From an uncultured Gemmatimonadales bacterium (GTDB taxonomy: Bacteria > Gemmatimonadota > Gemmatimonadetes > Longimicrobiales > RSA9): a stretch of DNA of 64,000 nt. Of this stretch, positions 9,060-21,652 are shown in pieces. The DNA is taken from assembly GCA_963816355.1 (NCBI GenBank), contig CAWFKH010000003.1:992001-1056000 (forward strand), in the 5' to 3' direction. A program made the position numbers and the translations under genes. Positions within the stretch are counted from its first letter, which is position 1, and every line of letters starts with the position of its first letter. The notes under the pieces were generated by a model. It did not search any database and was not told where the DNA came from. It saw only the letters and a program-made list of their open reading frames with translations.

Positions 9060-9777
9060 AGCGTCTCACGCCATTCGATCGGCGCCGCGACGCCGCGCGC
9101 GCCGCGTCCGCTCCTCGCGCTCGCCACGTTCCTCGCCGCGTCGTGCGCCTCGGCGCCCGGCGCACCGGAGGCCGCCGCGGGTGCGCCGCCCGACAGCGCC
9201 GCGGCGGAGGCCGCCATCGCCGCGACGCGCCCCACCGGCGCCCGCAAGGCCGTCTTCAGCTGGCGGCTGCGTGACCAGAACAGCCATTTCAGCGGCCGCG
9301 GTGTCGCCCGCGATCCAGGGCCCCGACCGCGCGCGCATCGATCTCTTCGGTCCGCGTGGCGAGAGCTACCTCGCGGCCGCGCTCGTCGGCGACGATCTCC
9401 GCATCCCGGCCGGCGTCGATCCGGACGTGGTGCCGCCGAAGACGCTGCTCTGGAGCGCGCTCGGGGTGGTGCGCCCCCCCGACGACGCGCGCCTCGTCTC
9501 CACCGAGCGCGGATCCTCCGGACTGTCGCTGCGGTACCGTTCCGCGGAGGGCACCTGGACCTTCGTCCTGTCCGACGGCACGCTGCGCAGCGCCCGCCTC
9601 GATCCCGCCTCCGGCAGCCGCCAGACCGTCGAGCTCGATCCCGCCGCGAACGGCGGGGTGCCGCAGAAGGCGGATTATCGCGACTGGGTCGCCTTCCGCG
9701 AGCTCGTCCTGACCCTCGAGAACGTTACGGACGTCAATGCGTTTCCCGCGGACATCTGGTCTCCGGACAGCCGCTAG
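9056..9777 (+). CDS. Hypothetical lipoprotein (LolA/LolB-like fold suspected), split by two apparent +1 frameshifts
   Basis: ATG 9056 overlaps the upstream stop. The middle frame reads PLLALATFLAASC (lipobox)...KAVFSWRLRDQNSHFSGRGVAR. An extra base at about 9312 then leads into IQGPDRARIDLFGPRGE...FPADIWSPDSR. Confidence 0.6.
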
Positions 9778-10264
9778 GCTGTCGCTCCTGCTGCCGCTCG
9801 CGCTCGGCGGATGCCTCTACGGCTTCCGCGGGGGCGGCGGCTTCCCGGCCGACATCCGGACGGTGAACATCCAGCCGTTCGACAACGAGACGACGGAGTT
9901 CCAGCTCCAGGGCGAGCTCTTCAACCAGTTGCTCGACCGCGTGCCGCCTTCGCTCGGCCTCAAGATCGCCGGCGAGGGCATCGCGGACGCGGTCCTCAGC
10001 GGCAAGATCGTGCGCTACGACGACGCCGCCGAGAACTACCGCGCCGATCAGACGAGCGGCATCCAGGACCTGCAGCACAAGGTCCAGATCGTCGTCTCCG
10101 CCCGCATCGTCGACGTGAAGCGCAACGTGATCCTGTGGGAAAACACGAACGTGACCGGCCAGGGCACCTACCAGCCGACGACGGAGAGCGGCCAGGTCGG
10201 CCAGCAGCAGGCGCTCCAGGACGTCGTCAACAAGATCCTCGACGGCGCCCAGTCCCAGTGGTGA
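9737..10264 (+). CDS. lptE: LptE-family LPS assembly lipoprotein
   Basis: Lipobox LALGGC, YGFRGGG, VNIQPFDNET, ADAVLSGKIVRY and a C-terminal Trp. Confidence 0.7.
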   Translation: MRFPRTSGLRTAARLSLLLPLALGGCLYGFRGGGGFPADIRTVNIQPFDNETTEFQLQGELFNQLLDRVPPSLGLKIAGEGIADAVLSGKIVRYDDAAENYRADQTSGIQDLQHKVQIVVSARIVDVKRNVILWENTNVTGQGTYQPTTESGQVGQQQALQDVVNKILDGAQSQW

Positions 10265-11214
10265 GGCCGCTCCGCATCGCCTCGCGCGGCAGCGCGCTCG
10301 CGCTCTGGCAGGCCCGCCACGTCGCCTCGCTCCTCGAAGCCGCCCACCCCGGCCTCGTCGTCGACATCCACGTCCTTCAGACGAAGGGCGACCGCGTCAC
10401 CGACGCGCCCCTCTCCGCCATCGGCGACCGCGGCCTCTTCACCAAGGAGATCGACCGCGCCGTCGTCGAGGAGGAGGCGGACCTCGCCGTCCACTCGCTC
10501 AAGGACCTGCCGACCGCCGTCGAGGAGGGCCTCGCCATCGGCGCCGTCCTCGAGCGCGAGGATCCACGCGACGCCCTCGTCGTCGCACCCGGCCGGCCCC
10601 GCCGCCTCGACGCGCTTCCCGCCGGCGCCTCCATCGGCACCAGCTCCCTCCGCCGCCGCGCCCAGCTCCTCGAACGCCGGCCCGACCTCGACGTGCGCGA
10701 CCTCCGCGGCAACCTCGACACCCGGCTCCGCCGCGCCGCCGACGCCGATTTCGACGCCGTCATCCTCGCCCACGCCGGCATCCGCCGCCTCGGCCGCGCC
10801 GACGTCGTGGCGGAAGTGCTCGAGTCGCCACCATGGCTGCCCGCCGCCGGCCAGGGCGCTCTCGCCCTCTCCGTCCGCCGTGACGACGACGGCACCGCCG
10901 CGCGCGTCGCCGTCCTCGAACACGCGCCCACGCGCGCCGCGACCACCGCCGAGCGCACGCTGCTCGGCGCGCTCGAGGGCGGCTGTCAGATCCCGATCGG
11001 CGCGCTCGCCCGCCTCGACGGCGACCGCCTCCACCTCGACGCCTTCGTCGCCGCCCTCGACGGATCCCCCTTCCTGCGCGCCGCGGGCGACGGCGACGCC
11101 GCCCGCGCCGCCGACATCGGCCGGCGCGTCGCCGACCAGCTCCGCGAGCGCGGCGCCGACGCCGTCCTCGAGGCGATCCGTCGCGGCACCGTCCCTCCGG
11201 CGGCCGCGCCGTGA
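10261..11214 (+). CDS. hemC: Hydroxymethylbilane synthase (porphobilinogen deaminase)
   Basis: RIASRGSALALWQA, GLFTKEI, AVHSLKDLP, GTSSLRR, RGNLDTRL and LEGGCQIP. Confidence 0.96.
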   Translation: MRPLRIASRGSALALWQARHVASLLEAAHPGLVVDIHVLQTKGDRVTDAPLSAIGDRGLFTKEIDRAVVEEEADLAVHSLKDLPTAVEEGLAIGAVLEREDPRDALVVAPGRPRRLDALPAGASIGTSSLRRRAQLLERRPDLDVRDLRGNLDTRLRRAADADFDAVILAHAGIRRLGRADVVAEVLESPPWLPAAGQGALALSVRRDDDGTAARVAVLEHAPTRAATTAERTLLGALEGGCQIPIGALARLDGDRLHLDAFVAALDGSPFLRAAGDGDAARAADIGRRVADQLRERGADAVLEAIRRGTVPPAAAP

Positions 11215-11735
11215 AACACGCCCCGCCGCCGCCGCGCACGAAGATCCTGGCCCGGGACGCCTTGCTCGCGCGCCACGCGCGCCCGCGGGACGCCCGCGTC
11301 GTCTTCACCAACGGCTGCTTCGACCTGCTTCACCCCGGCCACGTCGAGTACCTGCACGCGGCGCGCGGCCTCGGCGACCTCCTCGTCGTGGGGCTCAACG
11401 ACGACGACTCCGTCCGCCGCCTCAAGGGGCCGGGACGTCCCGTCCTCGCCCTCGGCGACCGCGCCTTCGTCCTCGCCGGCCTCGCCGCCGTCGACGTCGT
11501 CACTCCGTTCCACGAGGACACGCCCCGCGCATTGATCGCCGCCCTCCTTCCCAATGTGCTCGTGAAGGGCGGCGACTACGCCGCCGAAGAGGTGGTGGGA
11601 AGGGAAGAGGTCGAGGCCGGCGGCGGCCGCGTCGTGATCGTCCCCTTCCGCCAGGGCTACTCGAGCTCCGCCCTCATGCAACGAATCCGCGCCGCCGCTG
11701 CGGCCAACCCCGGCGACCCCCGCACGACGAGGTGA
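11211..11735 (+). CDS. hldC: D-glycero-beta-D-manno-heptose 1-phosphate adenylyltransferase (RfaE domain II)
   Basis: [25 protein letters not shown] and LVKGGDY. Confidence 0.93.
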   Translation: MKHAPPPPRTKILARDALLARHARPRDARVVFTNGCFDLLHPGHVEYLHAARGLGDLLVVGLNDDDSVRRLKGPGRPVLALGDRAFVLAGLAAVDVVTPFHEDTPRALIAALLPNVLVKGGDYAAEEVVGREEVEAGGGRVVIVPFRQGYSSSALMQRIRAAAAANPGDPRTTR

Positions 11736-11736
11736 G

Positions 11737-12447
11737 ATGAGGACCGACCGGCCGAACGACGACCTCCGCGACATCCGACTCGAGCGCGGCGCGGCCCCCG
11801 AAGCGGAAGGGTCCTGCCTCATCACCGCGGGGGACACCCGCGTCCTGTGCGCCGCCACCGTGCAGCAGGGCGTGCCCCCGTGGCGCGAAGGTCGACGCTC
11901 CGGCTGGGTCACCGCGGAGTATGCCATGCTCCCCCGCTCGACCCGCAGGCGCACCTCGCGCGAGCGCGGCCACGTCGGCGGCCGCACGCAGGAGATCCAG
12001 CGCCTCATCGGCCGCTCCCTGCGCGCCGCCGTCGACCTCGACGCGCTCGGCGAGCGTACCATCATCGTCGACTGCGACGTCCTCGGCGCCGACGGCGGCA
12101 CCCGCACCGCCGCCGTGACCGGAGCCGCCGTCGCGCTGCACGACGCGTGTGAGTGGTTGCTCGCCAACTCGGCGATCGACCGCTCGCCGCTGCGCTCGCT
12201 CGTCGCCGCCGTCAGCGTCGGCATCGTCGCCGGCGAGCCGCGCCTCGACCTCGACTACCGCGAGGACGTGTCCGCGGACGTCGACATGAACGTCGTCGCG
12301 CTCGAAGGCGCGCGCCTCGTCGAGGTGCAGGGCACCGCCGAGGGTGAAGCGTTCGACCGCAAGCAGCTCGACCGCCTGCTCGACCTCGCGATCGCCGGCA
12401 TCGAACGCCTTCACCGGCACCAGCGCGCCGCGATCGGTGCGACGTGA
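11737..12447 (+). CDS. rph: Ribonuclease PH
   Basis: [39 protein letters not shown] and EVQGTAEG. Confidence 0.96.
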   Translation: MRTDRPNDDLRDIRLERGAAPEAEGSCLITAGDTRVLCAATVQQGVPPWREGRRSGWVTAEYAMLPRSTRRRTSRERGHVGGRTQEIQRLIGRSLRAAVDLDALGERTIIVDCDVLGADGGTRTAAVTGAAVALHDACEWLLANSAIDRSPLRSLVAAVSVGIVAGEPRLDLDYREDVSADVDMNVVALEGARLVEVQGTAEGEAFDRKQLDRLLDLAIAGIERLHRHQRAAIGAT

Positions 12448-12507
12448 GCCGCTCGACCCTCCGCCGAGCCGCCACCTGACACGCCCCCGCCCGCCGAACC
12501 TCGCCTC

Positions 12508-13125
12508 GTGCCGATCCGCCTGCTCGTCGCCACCGCGAACCCGCACAAAATCCGCGAGATCCGCCGCATTCTCGCGGCCTCCGAGCTCCGGCTCCTCGGT
12601 CTGGCCGACCTGCCAAGGCCCGTGGCGGAGCCCGAGGAGCCCTTCGACACCTTCCGCGCCAACGCCGCTCACAAGGCGCTCCACTACGCGAGCGCCACCG
12701 GCCTGCTCACCCTCGCCGACGACTCGGGCCTGCGCGTCCACGCCCTCGATGGCGCCCCCGGCACGCGGAGCAAACGCTTCTCCGGGCGTGACGACCTGCA
12801 CGGCGCGGCGCTCGACCGCGAGAACAACCGCGTCCTCCTCGAGCGCCTCCTCGGGCTGCCCGCTCACCGCCGCGCCGCTCACTACGTCTGCGCCGCCGCG
12901 CTCGCGCTCCCCGCCGGCGTCCTGCGCGAGGTCGCCATCGGCACCTGCGCCGGTCGCATCCTCGACCACGCCGACGGCGACAACGGCTTCGGCTACGACC
13001 CCTTCTTCTTCGTTGCCGCCTGCGGCGCCACCTTCGGTCGGCTCACCCCGGCCACCAAGGACCGCGTCAGCCACCGCGCCCGCGCCATTCGCGCCCTCGC
13101 CGCCGACATCTCGCGACGGCCGTGA
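12508..13125 (+). CDS. rdgB: Non-canonical purine NTP pyrophosphatase (RdgB/HAM1)
   Basis: ATANPHK, ADDSGL, GFGYDPFF and SHRARA; follows rph. Confidence 0.92.
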   Translation: MPIRLLVATANPHKIREIRRILAASELRLLGLADLPRPVAEPEEPFDTFRANAAHKALHYASATGLLTLADDSGLRVHALDGAPGTRSKRFSGRDDLHGAALDRENNRVLLERLLGLPAHRRAAHYVCAAALALPAGVLREVAIGTCAGRILDHADGDNGFGYDPFFFVAACGATFGRLTPATKDRVSHRARAIRALAADISRRP

Positions 13126-13192
13126 CCACGCGGCGTCGCCGCCCCCGCGCACGACTCGTCGGCTCCGCCCCCGCCCTGTCTTTACTCGGGCG

Positions 13193-13221
13193 TTGACATG
13201 CGTCACGTGACACGTTACTTT
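13193..13221 (+). promoter_or_regulatory. higBA promoter with palindromic operator
   Basis: TTGACA-17 bp-TACTTT, with the perfect palindrome GTCACGTGAC (13202-13211) in the spacer. Confidence 0.7.
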
Positions 13222-13262
13222 TGAAAGAGATCTCGTACGGCATCCCAGGAGAGGGAAGGAGG

Positions 13263-13553
13263 ATGATCCACTCGTTCAAGGACAAAGCCACGAAGGACAT
13301 CTGGAACGGCGCCAACACGAAGGCTGCGAGAAGGATTCCTCAGGATGTCTGGGGCAGGGCGCGACGGAAGCTCGACGACCTGCACGCAGTGCGGCAGGTG
13401 TCGGACCTCGAGCTCCCGAGGAGCAACAGACTCCACGCCCTGGGCAACGACCGAGAGGACCAGTGGGCGATTAGGATCAACGATCAATACCGGATCTGCT
13501 TCCGGTGGAAAAACGATGACGCATGGGATGTGGAGATTACTGACTACCATTGA
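13263..13553 (+). CDS. higB: HigB/RelE-family toxin (plasmid maintenance killer-like)
   Basis: MIHSFKDKATKDIW...ARRKLDDL...NRLHALGNDREDQWAIRINDQYRICFRW...VEITDYH; GGAGG RBS. Confidence 0.92.
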   Translation: MIHSFKDKATKDIWNGANTKAARRIPQDVWGRARRKLDDLHAVRQVSDLELPRSNRLHALGNDREDQWAIRINDQYRICFRWKNDDAWDVEITDYH

Positions 13554-13581
13554 TCCCAGACATTAGACGGAGCACAGACAA

Positions 13582-13890
13582 ATGGCTCGCCAGCTTCCAA
13601 AGAACCGTCCGCCGACCCATCCAGGCGAAATGCTCGCGGACTTTCTGGAGGACCTAGGGATCACGCAGACCGATTTCGCGGAGGCGATCGACGTGTCCAG
13701 GGTTCGCGTCAACGAACTGATCCGCGGAAGGCGCGCCGTCACTCCGAGTACGGCCCTACGGCTCGAGAGGGCATTGGGGAAGCCCGCTTACTGGTGGCTC
13801 GAGCTGCAGCAGAACTTCGACCTCTGGCAAGCACTTCATAGCGACGAGATGGAAGCCATTCAATCCTTGAAACCGCTGGTGGCCACATGA
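13582..13890 (+). CDS. higA: HigA-family HTH antitoxin
   Basis: PTHPGEML, ITQTDFAEAIDVSRVRVNELIRGRRAVT and WLELQQNFDL. Confidence 0.92.
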   Translation: MARQLPKNRPPTHPGEMLADFLEDLGITQTDFAEAIDVSRVRVNELIRGRRAVTPSTALRLERALGKPAYWWLELQQNFDLWQALHSDEMEAIQSLKPLVAT

Positions 13891-13925
13891 TTCCGAAGAC
13901 ATCAAGCCAGGTCCTCACGGGGCGT

Positions 13926-13957
13926 GCCCATCGGTTTCACCCGGTGAACCGATGGGC
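13926..13957 (+). terminator. Strong hairpin downstream of higA (possible terminator without U-tract)
   Basis: GCCCATCGGT-T-TCAC-CCG-GTGA-ACCGATGGGC. Confidence 0.45.
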
Positions 13958-14055
13958 CCTGGAAGCACGTTCTGCGAGAGAGGCGGCACTGTCGCTCATT
14001 TCTTCACCACCCGATGGTGGGGCCCATGTTGCGGCCTAGGAATCCGGCAGAGCGC

Positions 14056-14201
14056 GAGGCGGCAACACATGGCAGACAAGATTTTGATTTCCTGATGCTC
14101 AAGCCGGCCCTCACCGGCTTGCAGATATCGTCGAATTCATCGTCATCATGTTCGGTTAATGCGGGCCGCCAGGGTCGACTGGCGGGCGGTGTTGCCGCCT
14201 C
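14056..14201. repeat. 146-bp element bounded by a perfect 13-bp inverted repeat and containing two internal hairpins
   Basis: GAGGCGGCAACAC (14056-14068) pairs with GTGTTGCCGCCTC (14189-14201). Internal hairpins are CAAGCCGG/CCGGCTTG (14100-14121) and CCGCCAG/CTGGCGG (14166-14185). Confidence 0.7.
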
Positions 14202-14258
14202 CGCCGCCTCCTCCCGCGAGCCCCTTCCATTTGCGTGCAACCTGTCCCTCTTTCAGGG

Positions 14259-14287
14259 TTGACCCGGCCGAGTCCTTGGGCTACACT
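14259..14287 (+). promoter_or_regulatory. Sigma70 promoter for the tRNA cluster
   Basis: TTGACC-17 bp-TACACT followed by a GC-rich discriminator. Confidence 0.65.
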
Positions 14288-14506
14288 TCGCGGCCTGGCC
14301 TTCGGGCTGTGTGGTGTCGGCGGCTCGCTGTTCATGCGAGCGAGGGCAGGCCGTCGCATCGACTCCGTGCCTGTGGGATCGTCGCAGTTTGAGACGGGCG
14401 CAAGGGTTTCCGCGCAGTTTTTGACACAGTTCGCGCCCTCGCAGCGGCAGGAAACGGCCAGCCGGGGACCACAAGTGGTTGCGCTGCAAGGGATTACATT
14501 GCTGGA

Positions 14507-14580
14507 CGGGGCGTGGCGCAGCCCGGTAGCGCGCCTGCTTTGGGAGCAGGAGGTCCTCGGTTCAAATCCGAGCGCCCCGA
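14507..14580 (+). tRNA. tRNA-Pro (UGG)
   Basis: Cloverleaf CGGGGCG/CGCCCCG; anticodon arm CCTGC-TT-TGG-GA-GCAGG; TTCAAAT T loop; CCA not encoded. Confidence 0.95.
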
Positions 14581-14602
14581 CTCCCCGGCCTGGTCCGGGT
14601 TC

Positions 14603-14677
14603 GCGCCCGTAGCTCAGCCTGGATAGAGCAGCGGCCTTCTAAGCCGCGGGTCATAGGTTCGAATCCTATCGGGCGCG
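14603..14677 (+). tRNA. tRNA-Arg (UCU)
   Basis: GCGCCCG/CGGGCGC acceptor; GCGGC-CT-TCT-AA-GCCGC anticodon arm. Confidence 0.95.
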
Positions 14678-14707
14678 CTCATCCGCTTGCGACGGGCTTT
14701 TTCTCAT

Positions 14708-14782
14708 GGTGGGCGTAGCTCAGTCGGTTAGAGCGCCAGGTTGTGGCCCTGGAGGTCGCCGGTTCGATTCCGGTCGCTCACC
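14708..14782 (+). tRNA. tRNA-His (GUG)
   Basis: Encoded G-1 with C73; CCAGG-TT-GTG-GC-CCTGG anticodon arm. Confidence 0.95.
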
Positions 14783-14910
14783 CTGCGGTCCGGATCCGCG
14801 AGCCGCCTCGCCGGCACCGGCCGCGGAACCCCCGTGGCGACCGAGGGTACGCCCTCTTCCGCGGGCCGGGCGCTCCGGCGCCTGCCGGGCGGCTTCACCC
14901 GCCCGCGCTC

Positions 14911-14983
<73 letters not shown>

Positions 14984-14999
14984 TCGAGGTGGGTCGGCC

Positions 15000-15028
15000 T
15001 TGACTCGCCAACCCATGGCTGGTATTAT
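15000..15028 (+). promoter_or_regulatory. rRNA operon promoter
   Basis: TTGACT-17 bp-TATTAT, with a boxA-like GCTGTTTGACAA at 15061. Confidence 0.7.
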
Positions 15029-15232
15029 TTTGGGCTGCGCTGCGAATCATCGCAGCCAACGCTGTTTGACAATTCGGGTCGATGGTTTGGGTGGGCTCCG
15101 AGCTGCGGGTGCATCTTCCCGCGGGTACGTGCCAAGGGCTGGAGGTTTGGCGGCACGCGGAGACGAGAAAGATGAATTGTGATTCTGGACGTCAACGGAA
15201 GTTGGTGTTCGGGCAGAGCTAGAGGACTTTCT

Positions 15233-16790
<1,558 letters not shown>

Positions 16791-17104
16791 GGAGCACGCG
16801 AGTAGGAGCCGCGGCCGGGCCTCGCGCCCGCGCCGTCGAGAGGCCGCTGCCCTCCGGGGCTCGCTTCCTCCTCGCTCCGAAAACCGCTCTCAGGTCGCAC
16901 CACCCGAGCCATCGAACCCGGATCGTCGTTTTCGCCCTGTGCGGGGTCGCACCCGTGCGGGGCCGTTTTCGACGCTGATTGACAGGATGGGTGAGGGGGA
17001 GTGGGATCGAGCGCCAGCAGGCGAGGTGGGCGGGCGTAGTGCCAAGCTGGGTCCTTGGAGCTTCACGCGAGTGGGGTGAAGGGGGCCGAGTGGGGGGCTA
17101 TGTC

Positions 17105-20094
<2,990 letters not shown>

Positions 20095-20214
20095 GGCTTC
20101 CCCGACGATGGGAAGCCCGTCGCCCTCGCAGCTCGGTGCGCGATCTCCACTCCCCCCTCCCTGTTTTCTTATCGGCCGGCGCGCTCGCCACGAGCGGCGC
20201 CGGCGCAGGCTGGA

Positions 20215-20332
20215 GGCCGGCGGTTCTGGCGCGGGGGACACACCCGTTCCCATCCCGAACACGGTCGTTAAGCCCCGCAGCGCGGATGGTACTGCTCGGG
20301 AGACCGAGTGGGAGAGTACGACGCCGCCGGCC
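20215..20332 (+). rRNA. rrf: 5S rRNA
   Basis: CACCCGTTCCCATCCCGAACACGG...GATGGTACTG...GTGGGAGAGTA; terminal helix GGCCGGCGG/CCGCCGGCC. Confidence 0.95.
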
Positions 20333-20359
20333 CCTTCTGGCCCCGCACGAACGCCTCGC

Positions 20360-20383
20360 GACGCCCCCGCGCCGCGGGGCGTC
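20360..20383 (+). terminator. GC-rich hairpin after 5S rRNA
   Basis: GACGCCCC...GGGGCGTC stem with no clear U-tract. Confidence 0.4.
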
Positions 20384-20512
20384 CTGCATCCGCACCCCAC
20401 CCGCCCCCCCGCCTCCACCCCCGACCCTCCGCCTACGCCATTCCTCTCCGTCTACGCCCACGCACCTCCGTCCACGCCACGCCGCTCCGTGCTGCCCTCA
20501 CCACCCTTCCGC

Positions 20513-20541
20513 TTGCCGGTCCTCGGCCCGCTCTCTACATT
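20513..20541 (+). promoter_or_regulatory. Putative promoter for era (near-leaderless)
   Basis: TTGCCG-17 bp-TACATT, 8 nt before ATG 20550. Confidence 0.45.
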
Positions 20542-20549
20542 CGCGCCGG

Positions 20550-21479
20550 ATGATGACCATTCCGTCGCAAGAGGGCGCGCGAGGAGAGGGCACGCACGCC
20601 GGCTACATCGCGCTCGCCGGACGCCCGAACGTCGGCAAGTCGACCCTCCTCAACGCGTTCATGGGTGAGAAGTTGAGCATCGTGACGCCCAAGGCGCAGA
20701 CGACGCGCGAGCGAGTGCTGGGCATCGTGACGACGGAGCGGGCACAGATGGTCTTCGTCGACACTCCCGGACTTCTCGAACCGCGCTATCTCCTGCAGGC
20801 CTCGATGCTCGCGGCGGCGCGTCAGGCGGTGGCGGAGGCCGACGTCGTCCTGCTGCTGCTGGACGCGGCCGCGGGCGCCGATTCGCGGCTGGAGGGTGAG
20901 GCGCTCGGCCTCTTCGCGCGGCGCTCCGGCGCCCTGCGCGTGGCGATCAACAAGGTCGACGCGGCGCCGGGCGGAGCGGCTCCCCTCGAAGCGTGGGTGC
21001 GCGACGCATTGGGCGTGGAGGCGCGTCGCATATCGGCGCTGCACGGGGAGGGGGTCGCGGCGCTCCGGCACGAGCTGGAGCGAGCGCTCCCGGAATCTCC
21101 GTTCTTCTATCCGGAGGACGAGATCGCGGTTCAGCCGGTGCGCTTCTTCGTGGCAGAAATGGTGCGGGAGACGATCCTCGAGGAGTACGAGCAGGAGGTT
21201 CCCTACGGGACGGCGGTCGTGATCGACGAGTTCCGCGAAGCGGAGGATCCGGTTTACATTCGTGCGACGGTCGTCGTGGAGCGGGAATCTCAGAAGGGGA
21301 TTCTGATCGGGCGCGGGGGCGCCGCGATCAAGCGGCTGGGTGCGCGCGCGCGGGGCAAGATCGAGGCGTTCCTGGACGCGCGCGTCTATCTCGACCTGTG
21401 GGTGAAGGTGCGGCCCGGCTGGCGCCGCAAGAAGGCCATGTTGAAGGAGCTGGGCTACGTCCCACCGGAAAGCGAGTGA
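20550..21479 (+). CDS. era: GTPase Era
   Basis: GRPNVGKSTLLN, KAQTTR, DTPG, NKVD and KH domain VERESQKGILIG. Confidence 0.96.
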   Translation: MMTIPSQEGARGEGTHAGYIALAGRPNVGKSTLLNAFMGEKLSIVTPKAQTTRERVLGIVTTERAQMVFVDTPGLLEPRYLLQASMLAAARQAVAEADVVLLLLDAAAGADSRLEGEALGLFARRSGALRVAINKVDAAPGGAAPLEAWVRDALGVEARRISALHGEGVAALRHELERALPESPFFYPEDEIAVQPVRFFVAEMVRETILEEYEQEVPYGTAVVIDEFREAEDPVYIRATVVVERESQKGILIGRGGAAIKRLGARARGKIEAFLDARVYLDLWVKVRPGWRRKKAMLKELGYVPPESE

Positions 21480-21487
21480 AGGGCGCC

Positions 21488-21652
21488 ATGCTGGATGCGG
21501 AGCTGCTGGAGATTCTCGTCTGCCCGAAGTGCAAAGGGGAGCTGGAATACCGTCGCGAGGAGGACGTTCTGGTCTGTCACGCCTGCCGTCTGCGCTACGA
21601 GATCCGGGACGACATCCCGATCATGCTCGTGGATGAGGCGACGGCGTTCTGA
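21488..21652 (+). CDS. Trm112/YcaR family small protein
   Basis: MLDAELLEILVCPKCKGELEY...CHACRLRYEIRDDIPIMLVDEA. Confidence 0.9.
   Translation: MLDAELLEILVCPKCKGELEYRREEDVLVCHACRLRYEIRDDIPIMLVDEATAF

Noticed and set aside
14056..14201. Retron msr-msd or 6S RNA interpretation of the inverted-repeat element
   Set aside because: No reverse transcriptase is in the window, there is no long msd-type hairpin, and the interior does not form the rod with central bubble typical of 6S RNA.
14069..14392. Possible selenoprotein: ATG 14069 (MADKILIS), TGA 14093, then a hairpin and an open frame to 14392
   Set aside because: The hairpin loop (CCCTCA) lacks the G expected in a bacterial SECIS apical loop and is only about 12 nt from the UGA. 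The read-through product is not protein-like and crosses the tRNA promoter.
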